Positions 13,587 through 25,000 of a DNA stretch of 64,000 nt are shown here, one piece after another; the stretch's first letter is position 1, and each line of letters starts with the position of its first letter. The position numbers and the translations under genes are program-made. The stretch is from Squalus acanthias (Eukaryota): positions 1 through 64,000 of the forward strand of contig JASTWF010000244.1 of assembly GCA_030390025.1 (NCBI GenBank), given 5' to 3'. The notes under the pieces were generated by a model. The model did no database searches and was not told the DNA's origin. It was given only the letters and a program-made list of their open reading frames with translations.

Positions 13587-14330
13587 GTAAGTCTCCAAAA
13601 TGTTAACTGTTGTTGATCTCTGTATTAAGTTGTTGGGTTGGGGAAACACTAAGGTACAGTACATTTAAGCATAAAGGTGTAGAATAAACATGCTCAAGGT
13701 AGAATAGGTGATTCATTGGGTTAGCACACTTATCTTTTCACCAATGAAGTCTGGGTTTGAATGCAGCCCAGACTGATGGAATGAGATTCCGCTCTGTCTG
13801 CTAGCAGTATGTGTGAAATGAGTTTGAGCACTCTTAATTTTGGCACAGAATTGGCAATCTCACTCCCGAGACCAGCAGGAAGGCTGTGTGGGAAATTGGA
13901 AACTTACAATGGTGCAGTAGGGGTACTTCTCTGAGGAGAAAGGTGAGGTACAGTGTTGGGGAAGAGTAGAAGAGTTTTAGTCGGTCACAAACACACCCAA
14001 CGAATGAGAATACTCCCAACATTGAAATATATGATGGCTACATAAGCAGTGAAAAAATACAAATTATGCACACAATCCCAACAGAGTATAATTATAAAAC
14101 ATAATTTAAAAATTGCACAAAAAAGTTATATTAATATGGTAGATGTACTACTGGAAATTTGAGGACTTTTAATACCATCACTCTGAACCCTTTGAGAGTG
14201 TATTATTTCCATAGCCCTTAGAATTCTATGGTCTGTCAAGGCCAATTTCTGCAGCAACTCTAACCAAATTCAATGGCATGAGAATATTTCCTGGCTGATT
14301 TGTCCAGGGTTTAGAAAATCTCAATACAAT

Positions 14331-15074
14331 GGGCCAAAAATTGATCCCGCTGCGCGAGAGTACTCACTGCGTACTCTCGCGTATTCTCTCTCCAATTGCC
14401 GGTTTTCTGCATGCACTGCGCATGCGCTGAAAACCGGCACTTGGTCTTTGGAAAAGGGGGCGGTTCCTCGGTGCACCGCGTGCACGCTACAGGCTGCGCG
14501 CACGCTGTGCACTTAGTGCTTTGGACGCGCAGGTAAGGACGGAAGATTTTAGAAACGAAAAAAGGAGGAGTAAGACCCACTTTTAACAAGGTAAGTAGTG
14601 AATTAAGTATTATTTTGAATTTTTTTTAACAGGTATATCTTTTTTAGAGACTTTAAAGACAGGTAAGTTTATTTTTATAACTTTTTAAAAGATTTTAAAT
14701 TTTTTCAAAAATTTAATTTTTTATTTAAAATGGTTAATTTATTTAACTATACTTATTTTATTAATGTGATGGTTTTAAAAAAAAATTTAATTGAGGTTTA
14801 GCTGTTATTTTGTGGGTGTGTAAGATTCATAGCTTTCACAGCACGTATGTGAAACTTATGAATGGAAGATGGTGTGCTGCCGTTGGCTCTAACTGAGTCA
14901 CGTGATCCCACAGCTCGCACGAATTCACTACGCCGGTGGGATACGCAAGCACTGCCCAGCTGATGTCTAGAACATCAAGTTCGTGCGAGCTGGATCTGAA
15001 AAAGCCAACGCGGAGTGAGAGATCGCGCCTGCTCCTTACCCCCGCGGGAACAGAGCGAGATCAATTTCTGGGCC
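14331..15074. mobile_element. Non-autonomous Harbinger-like MITE
   Basis: TIR GGGCCAAAAATTGATC / GATCAATTTCTGGGCC, AAT 3-bp TSD, AT-rich core. Confidence 0.75.
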
Positions 15075-16039
15075 AATAAATATTTTTAAAATGTTATGTA
15101 TAAATAGTGCTGAAGTATTGTTCATGAATTTTAAATGGTTTAACTCCTTTGTAGCCTTACCCTTTCATATCTCTGTAACCACCTCCATGCCTACAAACCC
15201 TGCCCCGTTAATCTGACGGTAACCTCTTAAGTGGGGGGTTAAAATTGCGAAAACTGGTGGGCGGGCACAAGCCCGCCTCCATCCCGTCTCCACGCAATTT
15301 TCATTAAATCGTGTCTGCTGGTCCCGACTGCGTCCCGCCTCTAAGAGGTGGGATAGGCTGTTAAGGCCCTTAACAAGCACTAAATTGCCTCTATAATGCC
15401 ATTTTGAAAGGCCTTTGTGATTTTAACCCTTTTTCTTCGTGAAGCACGCCTGTTCTGAACCACGAATGTGAAACCTGGCGGGAGCACGGATGGATGAATG
15501 AATGAATGATCTGGGAGTGGTGGTGGATGGGAGACATATCTGGGAGTGGTGGTGGATGGGAGACATATCTGGGAGCAGACTTAGGGCTGCTGATTCTCAT
15601 TTTGCCTCCAGGTCCTCTCACAGCAAATGCCAGGCAGTCTTTGCAGACCTTCAATGCAACAGCAATGATGACATCATCAGAGGCGACTTTCAGACTGAAA
15701 ACACTAATTGGTTCATGGGTTCCCACATGCTGGAACTCAGTTGCCCAATTAGATGAAAATCGCATCAATCTCCCACATCCAATTGCAGTCGGGTGGATAA
15801 CATGAAAAGTGGATGACACGACCCCAACCCGCCCCAGGATCAAAATCCAGCCCGATGTCTTTGACCAAGCTTTTGGCCACCCCTCCAAATATCTCCTCCT
15901 TTGCCGTACCATTTTTTGAAACAAATTATGCCTCTCTGAAGTGCCTTTGGAGGTTTATCTACATTAAAGGTTATATAAATACATTGTTGTTGTCCTTCAC
16001 CTCTACCTCCTCTTCCTATTCCACCCCCCCTCTTTGCCT

Positions 16040-16850
16040 CCTCCCCCTCATCTCCCCCTTTCTCCTCGTCTCCCCCTTTCTCCTCATGTCCCCCCCTTTC
16101 TCCTCATGTCTCCCCCTTTCTCCTCGTCTCCCCCTTTCTCCTCATGTCCCCCCCTTTCTCCTCGTCTCCCCCTTTCTCCTCATGTCCCCCCCTTTCTCCT
16201 CATGTCTCCCCCTTTCTCCTCATGTCTCCCCCTTTCTCCTCATGTCCCCCCTTTCTCCTCATGTCTCCCCCTTTCTCCTCATGTCCCCCCCTTTCTCCTC
16301 ATGTCTCCCCCTTTCTCCTCATGTCTCCCCCTTTCTCCTCATGTCTCCCCCTTTCTCCTCATGTCCCCCCCTTTCTCCTCATGTCCCCCCCTTTCTCCTC
16401 ATGTCTCCCCCTTTCTCCTCATGTCTCCCCCTTTCTCCTCATGTCTCCCCCTTTCTCCTCATGTCCCCCCCTTTCTCCTCATGTCCCCCCCTTTCTCCTC
16501 ATGTCCCCCCCTTTCTCCTCATGTCCCCCCCTTTCTCCTCATGTCCCCCCCTTTCTCCTCATGTCCCCCCCTTTCTCCTCATGTCCCCCCCTTTCTCCTC
16601 ATGTCCCCCCCTTTCTCCTCATGTCCCCCTCTTTCTCCTCATGTCCCCCTCTTTCTCCTCATGTCTCCCCCTTTCTCCTCATGTCTCCCCCTTTCTCCTC
16701 ATGTCCCCCTCTTTCTCCTCATGTCTCCTCCTTTCTCCTCATGTCCCCCCCTTTCTCCTCATGTCCCCCCCTTTCTCCTCGTCCCCCCCCCTTTCTCCTC
16801 GTCCCCCCCCCTTTCTCCTCATCTCCCCCCCCCCCCCACTTTCTCCTCAT
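16040..16850. repeat. 20-bp CT-rich minisatellite (~40 units)
   Basis: Unit CTTTCTCCTCATGTC(C/T)CCCC. Confidence 0.95.
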
Positions 16851-17349
16851 CTCCCCCTTCATTCTCATCTCCACTCTTGTGCCCCACCCCAAGTATTTTG
16901 TTCCTCAATGGCTTCCTGTGCATTCCCAGCCCTCTCCATTCCACTGCTGGTAGCAGAGTGTTCTCTCTGCTTTCAAACACCTTCTCTAAACATATCTATT
17001 CCACCATGCTTTTAGTCACCTCTTCTATTCCCTCCCCATCATTTGTGAAGCACCTTGAAACATTTTTGTACATTAAACATGCTATAAAAATGCTTGTTGA
17101 TGTTGGAGGAATTTGGAATGCTTCAATCTGAATTTGAGGTATTGGAGTAGTTACTTAATTCACTCCAGATAGAATTATCCACATCCTTGAAGAAACCGAG
17201 TAGATTATTATATGAGAGAAATACCTGAAGGAAGGAAAGTGGTGCGCTTAGCATACGTTTGCACAACAAAAATTTGATCTGGCTTTAGATGTTTATGGTA
17301 ATGTGCCTTCAGCCTGTCTGACCAATTGTTACATTTATCTTCAACACAG

Positions 17350-17670
17350 CTCAACCAGTGGTCCATTTGTCCACACAACACATTACCATTTTGACTGGTT
17401 CAGAGGGGTCTGTGAGATGTGACGTTACAGGATTTTATCCTTCGGAGCATCAGCTCATCTGGGAGAAGATATCAAAGGACAAAACTGTGACAATAATCAC
17501 AGATATCAGCACTGGTGCCCCAATTTCCAACAGTGATGGAACCTTTAATGTTTCCAGTAGAATGAGAATTGAACCAACAGTGGATGATGATGATAATAAG
17601 TACAGGTGTGTCATGAAGCACCGATCACTTCCTGGTAGTCGTTCACTGGAAACTGTGCTCACAGTGAAAG
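17350..17670 (+). CDS. Exon: C1-set Ig domain, copy 1 (extracellular)
   Basis: CACAG acceptor, AAG|GTATGT donor, 321 bp, phase 1-1. Motifs VRCDVTGFYP, LIWEK, SDGTFNVSS, YRCVMKHRSL. Confidence 0.9.
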
Positions 17671-18451
17671 GTATGTCCTCTTCTTTGCGTAAGATGGGAA
17701 TATTTTTCAGTGCGCTTTTGTTAAATCTTACAATTGTTTAAAATGACTTGTGCCCATTGTTTAACATTGAATTTCTACTGAGGTTTTCATCTAATTTAAA
17801 TCAAGAATTCATCCTTTATTGCTCCACAATGAAAAGACATTAAGAACATAGATAGATTAATTGAATGGGCAAAACTGTGGCAAATGGATTTCAATGTCGG
17901 CAAATTTGAGGGACCTGTAAAGCATTAGAACAGGGTACTTTCTAAATGGTGGTACCCTCAAAAAACTCGATTTTGTCAAACACAATTTCCCTTTCGTAAA
18001 ACTGTGTCTAATTGTATTGTGATTTTCCGAGTGACCTGTTACCACATTGTTAATAAGAGATTCTAGCTTTTTCCCTATTACTGATGTCAGGCTAACTGGC
18101 CTATAGTTCCCTGTTTTCTCTCCCTCCTTTCTTGAACAGCAGTGTTACATTTGCTACCTTCCAATCCACGGGGACCATCCTAGAATCTAGGGAATTCTGG
18201 AAGATCAAAACCAATGCATCCACTAACTTTGCAGCCACCTCTTTTAAAAAGGGTGTAGGCCATTAAGTCCACGAGATTTGTCAGCTTTTAGTCCCATTAA
18301 TTTTTTCCAGTACTTTTTCTTTTCCAATATTAATTTGAGTTCCTCACTCTCATTTGACCCTTGGTTCCCCACAATTTCTGTTATGTTCTTTGTATCCTTT
18401 ACTGTAAAGATAGACACAAAATATTTGTTTAACTTCTCTGTCATTTCCTTA

Positions 18452-19078
18452 TACAAACCAGAGCGTGGCTACTGAGCGACCAGGGCTATCCGCTGACCAC
18501 CTGGCTCATGACTCCGGTGCGCAACCCAAGCACACGTGGGCAGCATGCATATATCGAAAGCCATGCTGCCACATGAAATGTGATCAAGCAGACCATTGGG
18601 GTACTTAAACAACACTTCCACTGCCTGGACCACTCTGGAGGAGTCCTGCTGTACTCGCCAGAGCGTGTCTCAAGATTAGTCGTGCTTTGCTGCATGCTGC
18701 TCAACCTCGCCACCATGAGGGCACAGGTTTTGCCACCAGGTATACGGCGAAGAGCTGAGGACGAGGAGGAGGCAACCAAGACAGCCCCTTTCTGGTTGGT
18801 CTGCCCGTGATCAACTGATCCGACTGCAGTGCCAGTGAACGTAACCCCAATTCCCCATTCACCCACAGTCCCACACACTTACCTTCCCTCTGTTGTGGGC
18901 CATCACAGCATCGTCTTGGCCACAATGCTAAAAAAAATAAAAGCCACCACAAAACAAACATTCCAAACCAACTTTAGACATCAATCCATCCAATATTACA
19001 TAACAAAGTCAACTAATCACCCTTGTGCATTCCCTTAGTGCCTGTCTTGTGTGTGCCTTTGCTTATCCTAGTGCTGTT
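18452..19078 (+). mobile_element. Duplicated part of the Harbinger remnant
   Basis: Matches 29212-29835. Confidence 0.75.
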
Positions 19079-21191
19079 ATAAGAACATAAGAAATAGGAG
19101 CAGGAGTAGGCCAATTGGCCCCTCGAGCCTGCTCCGCCATTCAATAAGATCATGGCTGATCTGATCCTAACCGCCAATCTACTATCACAGAACCATCTCC
19201 TGAACCCAACAGAATTAGACACACGAAATAGGAGCAGGATCAGGCTACACGGCCCCTGGGCCCGCTACGCTACCCACAGGGCCATGACCGATCCGAACCT
19301 AGACTCATGTCCAAAATCCTGCCCGCTCCCCGTAACCCTTAATTCCCTTTACTTCTAGGAAACTGTCTATTTCTGTTTTAAATTTATTTAATGATGTAGC
19401 TTCTACAGCTTTTTGGGGCAGCATATTCCATGGACCTACCACCCTCTGAGTGAAGTAGTTCCTTCTCATCTCAGTTTTGAAAGAGCAGCCCCTTATTCTA
19501 AGACTATGCCCCCTAGTTCTAGTTTCACCCATCATCGGGAGCATCCTCCCCGCATCCACCCGATCCAACCCCTTCACAATCTTATATGTTTCAATAAGAT
19601 CGCCTCTCATTCTTCTGAACTCCAATGAGTAGAGTCCCAATCTACCCAACCTCTCCTCATATGTCCATCCCCTCATCCCTGGGATTAACCGAGTGAACCT
19701 TCTTTGCACTGACTCGAGAGCAAGTATGTCTTTTCTTAAGTATGGACACCAAAACTGTATGCAGTATTCCAGGTGCGGTCTCACCAATACCTTGTACAAC
19801 TGAAGCAATACCTCCCTATTTTTATATTCTATCCCCCTAGCAATGAAAGCCAACATTCCATTGGCCTTCTTAATCACTTGCTGCACCTGCATACTAACCT
19901 TTTGAGTTTTGTGCACCAGGACCCCCAGATCCCTTTGTACTTCAGTACTTTCCAGTTTCTTGCCATTAAGATAATAACTTGCTCTACTATTTTTCCTGCC
20001 AAAGTGCATAACCTCACACTTTCCAGTATTGTATTCCATCTGCCAAATCTCTGCCCACTTACTTAGCCTGTCTATGTCCTCCTCACTCACTACTTTCCCT
20101 CCCATCTTAGTATCATCTGCAAACTTTGATATGTTACACTCGGTCCCCTCCTCCAAATCGTTAATATAGATTGTAAAGAGTTGGGGACCCAGCACTGACC
20201 CCTGCGGAACACCACTAGTTACTGATTGCCAGTCTGAGAATGAACCATTTATCCCAACTCTCTGCCTTCTGTTAGATAGCCAATCCTCTATCCATGCCAG
20301 AATATTACCCCCAATCCCGTGATTTTTTATCTTAAAGCAATAATCTTTTGTGTGGCACCTTGTCAAATGCCTTTTGGAAGTCTAAATACACCACATCCAC
20401 TGGTTCCCCTTTATCCACCCTGTATGTTACTTCCTCAAAGAACTCCAGCAAATTTGTCAAACATGACTTCCCCTTCATAAAACCATGCTGACTTTGTCCT
20501 ATTAAATTATGATTATCCAAATGTCCCGTTACTGTCTCCTTAATAATGGACTCCAAAATTTTACCTACCACAGATGTTAGTCTATAGTTTCCAGCCTTCT
20601 GTCTACTGCCCTTTTTAAATAAGAGTGTTACATTAGCAGTTTTCCAGTCTGCCGGGATCTTTGCTGAGTCCAGGGAGTTTTGGAAAATTATTACCAATGC
20701 ATCCACAATCCCTACCGCCACTTCCCTCATGACCCTAGGATGTAAGCCATCAGGTCCAGGTGATTTATCCACCTTGCGTCCCATTATTTTACCGAGTACC
20801 ACTTCCTTAGTGATTTTGATCGTGTTTAGCTCCTCCCCCCGTATAGCCCCCTGTTTGTCCAGTGTTGGGATATTCTTAGTGTCCTCTACTGTAAAGACTG
20901 ATACAAAATATTCATTTAGTGTATTTGCCATCTCCATATTTCCCACCATTAATTTCCCGGTCTCATCCTTTAAGGGACCAACATTTACTTTAGCCACCCT
21001 TTATCTTTTTATATAACTATAAAAACTCTTACTATCTGTTTTTATATTTTTTGCTAATTTACTTTCATAATCTATCTTCCCTTTCTTAATCAATCTTTTT
21101 GTCATTTTTTTGCTGTCTTTTAAAGTTTTCCCAATCCTCTATCCTCCCACTAGATTTGGCTACCTTATAAGCCCTTGTTTTTAGTCGAATA

Positions 21192-21547
21192 CAGGAAACT
21201 CTCTTTTAACCGATACCTAAATATCCGGAAATCTTTCTTAACCGGCAAAATTCAGGAGTAGGTTCAGGTAAGTTTTACTATATATTAGTGGTCGTGTAAC
21301 CGGGGTTCCTGCACCTGTGGCCATGCACCAGGGACTCCTGGATCTGTGGCCATGTAACTGGGGTTCCTGCACCTGTGGCCGTGCACCAGGGACTCCTGGA
21401 TCTGTGGCCATGTAACCGGGGCTCCTGCACCTGTGGCCGTGGACGGGGCTCTCGTACTTTGGTAAGTATACAGCTCTGTAATCCGGACTTTTTGATCAAC
21501 CGGCACCACGCCGGTCCCATCGGTGCTGGTTAATAAAGAGTTTCCTG
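21192..21547. mobile_element. Tc1/mariner-type MITE with internal ~29-30 bp tandem repeats
   Basis: 20-bp TIR CAGGAAACTCTCTTTTAACC / GGTTAATAAAGAGTTTCCTG (2 mismatches), TA duplication. Absent from the other CR1-B copy near 50006. Confidence 0.85.
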
Positions 21548-22086
21548 TACTATCCTTAATTTCTTTACTTAGCCACGGATGACTGTCTTTTCTTTTATAC
21601 CCTTTTCTTCTCAGTGGAATATATATTTTTTGGAAGTTGTAAAATAACTCCTTAAATGTACACCACTGATCATGTATCGTCTTACCCTTTAATCTATTTT
21701 CCCAATCCACTCTAATCAATTCCGCTCGCAGACCTTCATAGTCTCCTTTATTCAAGCTTAGCACGCTTGTTTGAGATCCAACCTTCTCACCCTCGAATTG
21801 AATATGGAATTCAATCATGTTATGGTCACTCATTCCAAGGGGATCCTTTACTAGGACATTTTTAATTAATCCTGTCTCGTTACACAGGACCAGATCTAAG
21901 GTTGCTTGCCCCCTGGTCGGTTCAGTTACATACTGCTCAAGAAACCCATCCCTAATACACTCAATGAACTCATCCTCGAGGCAGCCCTGCCCAATTTGAT
22001 TTGTCCAATTAATATGATAGTTAAAATCCCCCATAATTATAGATGTTCCCTTATTACAAGCCTCAACTATTTCCTGATTGATACTC

Positions 22087-25000
22087 TGTCGTAACACAAT
22101 ACAGCTTCCTGTGACTTGAACTTTATTGCATCACTTCCTGTGATTAGTCCAGGATAAATACTGGACTGATCAGTTGGATCCTGGAGAGGCATAGAGTAAG
22201 ACCTCTTTTGTATGTAGCACCTTTTTAGTTGATTAAAGCTTACTTTAAGTTCACCACGCGTAAGGCTCATTCTTACGACAATTTAATCAACTTTGGAAAA
22301 CTTCGCACTCAAACTTTTTGGACGAACTCGGAACTAAGGATCCAGGAAATCACCCATCATGGAAAACATCCTTAAACCATCGCGTCTTGACTTGGACCCA
22401 AACACCCCAGCAGCCGGTAAGGTGTGGAAACACTGGTATCGCACGTTTGACAATTTTCTTGAATATTGCAAGGCTGATGATGACTCAAAGTTGCGGATAC
22501 TCATCAACTGTGTCACCTCGAATGTATTTCAGTATGTGGAGGAATGGGGCAGTTATGAGGAGGCAATTCGGACGCTTAAGAGACTATATACTAAGACACC
22601 GAATGAGGTCTATGCCAGACATCTACTAGCTACAGCCCAACAAGGGCCGGAGGAATCCATTGATAAATTCCTCCAAGAGCTTCGCAGACTTAGTATGGAC
22701 TGTAACTTTCAGGCGGCCTCAGCTGAGCTGTACCGTGAAGAAATGATCCATGATGCTTTCATCTGCGGGCTTGCCTCCCCATTTATACGCCAGCGTCTAC
22801 TGGAAAGTAAGATACTTGAGCTTCAGAGAGCTTATGACATGGCTTGCTCTCTAGATCTGGCAAAAAGAAATGCAGACCTTTATACAGTGCCCAGACCTCG
22901 GTCTGCTGCCTTAACTACAGTCAGGCAATTTAAGAGGCCACAGGTGAACTCTATTAGGGAGGACTTTATCCCTGACGATCAATCTGATGACTTCACTGAT
23001 GAAGAGGATGATGACCCCACTGTGGCAGCCTCTTGGCAATCTAAGAAATGCTTCTTTTGTGGTGATGAGTTTCACCCTCGGAAATTCTGCCCTGCTCGCA
23101 ATGCGTTTTGCAGTCATTGCAACAAAAAGGGTAATTTTGCAAAGGTTTGCCTATCAAGAGCCTCTACGAGGGCTTATCAAGCTAAGTCCTACCGAACTGC
23201 CCCGGTAAGGGCCTATCAAGATGTTCCGGCTAAAATCTATCGTGCTTCCTCTCGGGTTTTCTCTCGAAGAAACACACCTAGAGTTTCAGCCACTCTTTGT
23301 GCAACGACACCAATTACAGCTGCTTGTCCTCAGAACCTATTCCATGCAGCTACAAAAGCATCAATTAATGGACATACTTTAGATGCCTTAATTGACTCAG
23401 GTAGCACTGATAGTTTCATTAGGGAACAGATTGTTGCAGAGTTAAAGCTACATGTTTTCCCATCGGACCAGGCAATTGCGATGGCTCAGTCAACACTTAA
23501 TACCAGAATTTCTGGCTTTTGTATGGTTGAAATAACACTTAATGGTCACAGGTATCCCTCCACCCGGCTTTCGGTGCTCAAGGACTTATGTAGTGATCTT
23601 ATCTTAGGGCTGGATTTTCAAAAGCAGCATAAGAAGCTCACCATTGAGTTCGGCGGATCCAAACCTGAACTCACTATTTCTAATATACTACCTCGATTAC
23701 CGTTCTGTGCATTGTCAGCAGCTTCACTGGATGAACCCTCACTGTTTACCAGTATCCCTCCTCGATGCAAACCGATTATAACAAAGTCACGACGTTTCAG
23801 TCAGGAAGACCAGTCTTTTATTGCGGCTGAGATTTCTCGGCTTTTAGCAGAGGATATCATCGAGCCTTGTTCGTCGCCATGGCGCGCCCAGGTCGTTATT
23901 GTTAAGAACCCTCTACAACCTCACAAGAAACGGCTGTGCATTGACTATTCACAGACCATCAATCAATATACGGACTTGGACGCATACCCATTGCCGCGCA
24001 TCGATGATATGGTTAATAAACTGGCTGAGTACACGGTGTTCTCAACATATGATCTGAAAAGTGCCTATCATCAGGTACCCTTGAAGGTCTCAGACAAGCA
24101 GTATACGGCCTTTGAAGCCAATGGACGGCTGTATCAATTTCGTCGCCTCCCCTTTGGGGTCACTAATGGAGTGGCTGTCTTCCAGCGAGCAATGGATGAC
24201 CTGGTCAAACAGGAAGACTTGAAGGATACGTTTCCTTATCTGGACAATATTACTGTCGCAGGTCGCAATCAGCGGGAACATGACGCCAATCTCCAACGAT
24301 TTTGGGATGCACTCCAGCACCGTAATTTGACATTAAATGCGGCTAAATCCATTGAGTCACAACCAACCATCAACATCCTTGGCTATTGTGTGGGCAATGG
24401 CATCATTAAACCTGACCCTGAAAGGCTTCGCCCACTCCAAGAACTCCCGCCACCTAAGAATCCGGCCTCCTTGCGCCGGGCCCTCGGCCTGTTTGCATAC
24501 TATGCTCAATGGATTCCTAACTTCTCGGACCGAATCCAACCTCTACTGAAGGCCAGCACATTCCCACTAGACACAGCGGCTGTTGCAGCCTTTAACCTCC
24601 TGAAAAAACAGTTGGAGAAAGCGGCTCTTCACTCCATCGATGAGAGTCTTCCTTTTGTTGTTGAGTGTGATGCCTCGGAGGTGGCGATCTCGGCCACTCT
24701 GAATCAGGAAGGTCGTCCGGTGGCATTTTTGTCCAGGACTTTTCAAGGGGCTGAGCTACATTATCCTCCAGTCGAGAAAGAAGCTACAGCCATCATAGAG
24801 GCAGTACGGAAGTGGAGTCATCTCCTAGCTCGCCAGCACTTTACTTTAATCACGGACCAGCGATCGGTCGCCTTCATGCTCGATAATCGAAAACGGACCA
24901 AAATTAAAAATAATAAAATCCAGCTTTGGCGGCTGGAATTGGCCTCTTTTGGTTACACCATCCACTATCGACCTGGCAAGGAGAATGTGGCTCCGGATAC

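Larger units (their letters stand above)
16027..19080 (+). repeat. Direct segmental duplication, copy 1 (copy 2 = 27173-29835)
   Basis: Colinear near-identity through the minisatellite, C1 exon, CR1 scraps and Harbinger part. Confidence 0.92.

Noticed and set aside
13245-13640. Rearranging Ig/TCR/IgNAR V segment
   Set aside because: The V exon includes its own G strand and splice donor; no heptamer-nonamer RSS or J segments seen.
16040-16850. CRISPR-like or other spacer array
   Set aside because: Head-to-tail repeats with no unique spacers, in a eukaryotic context.
15813-17131. Long Pro/Ser/Leu-rich ORFs (400, 365, 269 aa)
   Set aside because: They arise from a stop-free 20-bp minisatellite open in all three frames; not a gene.
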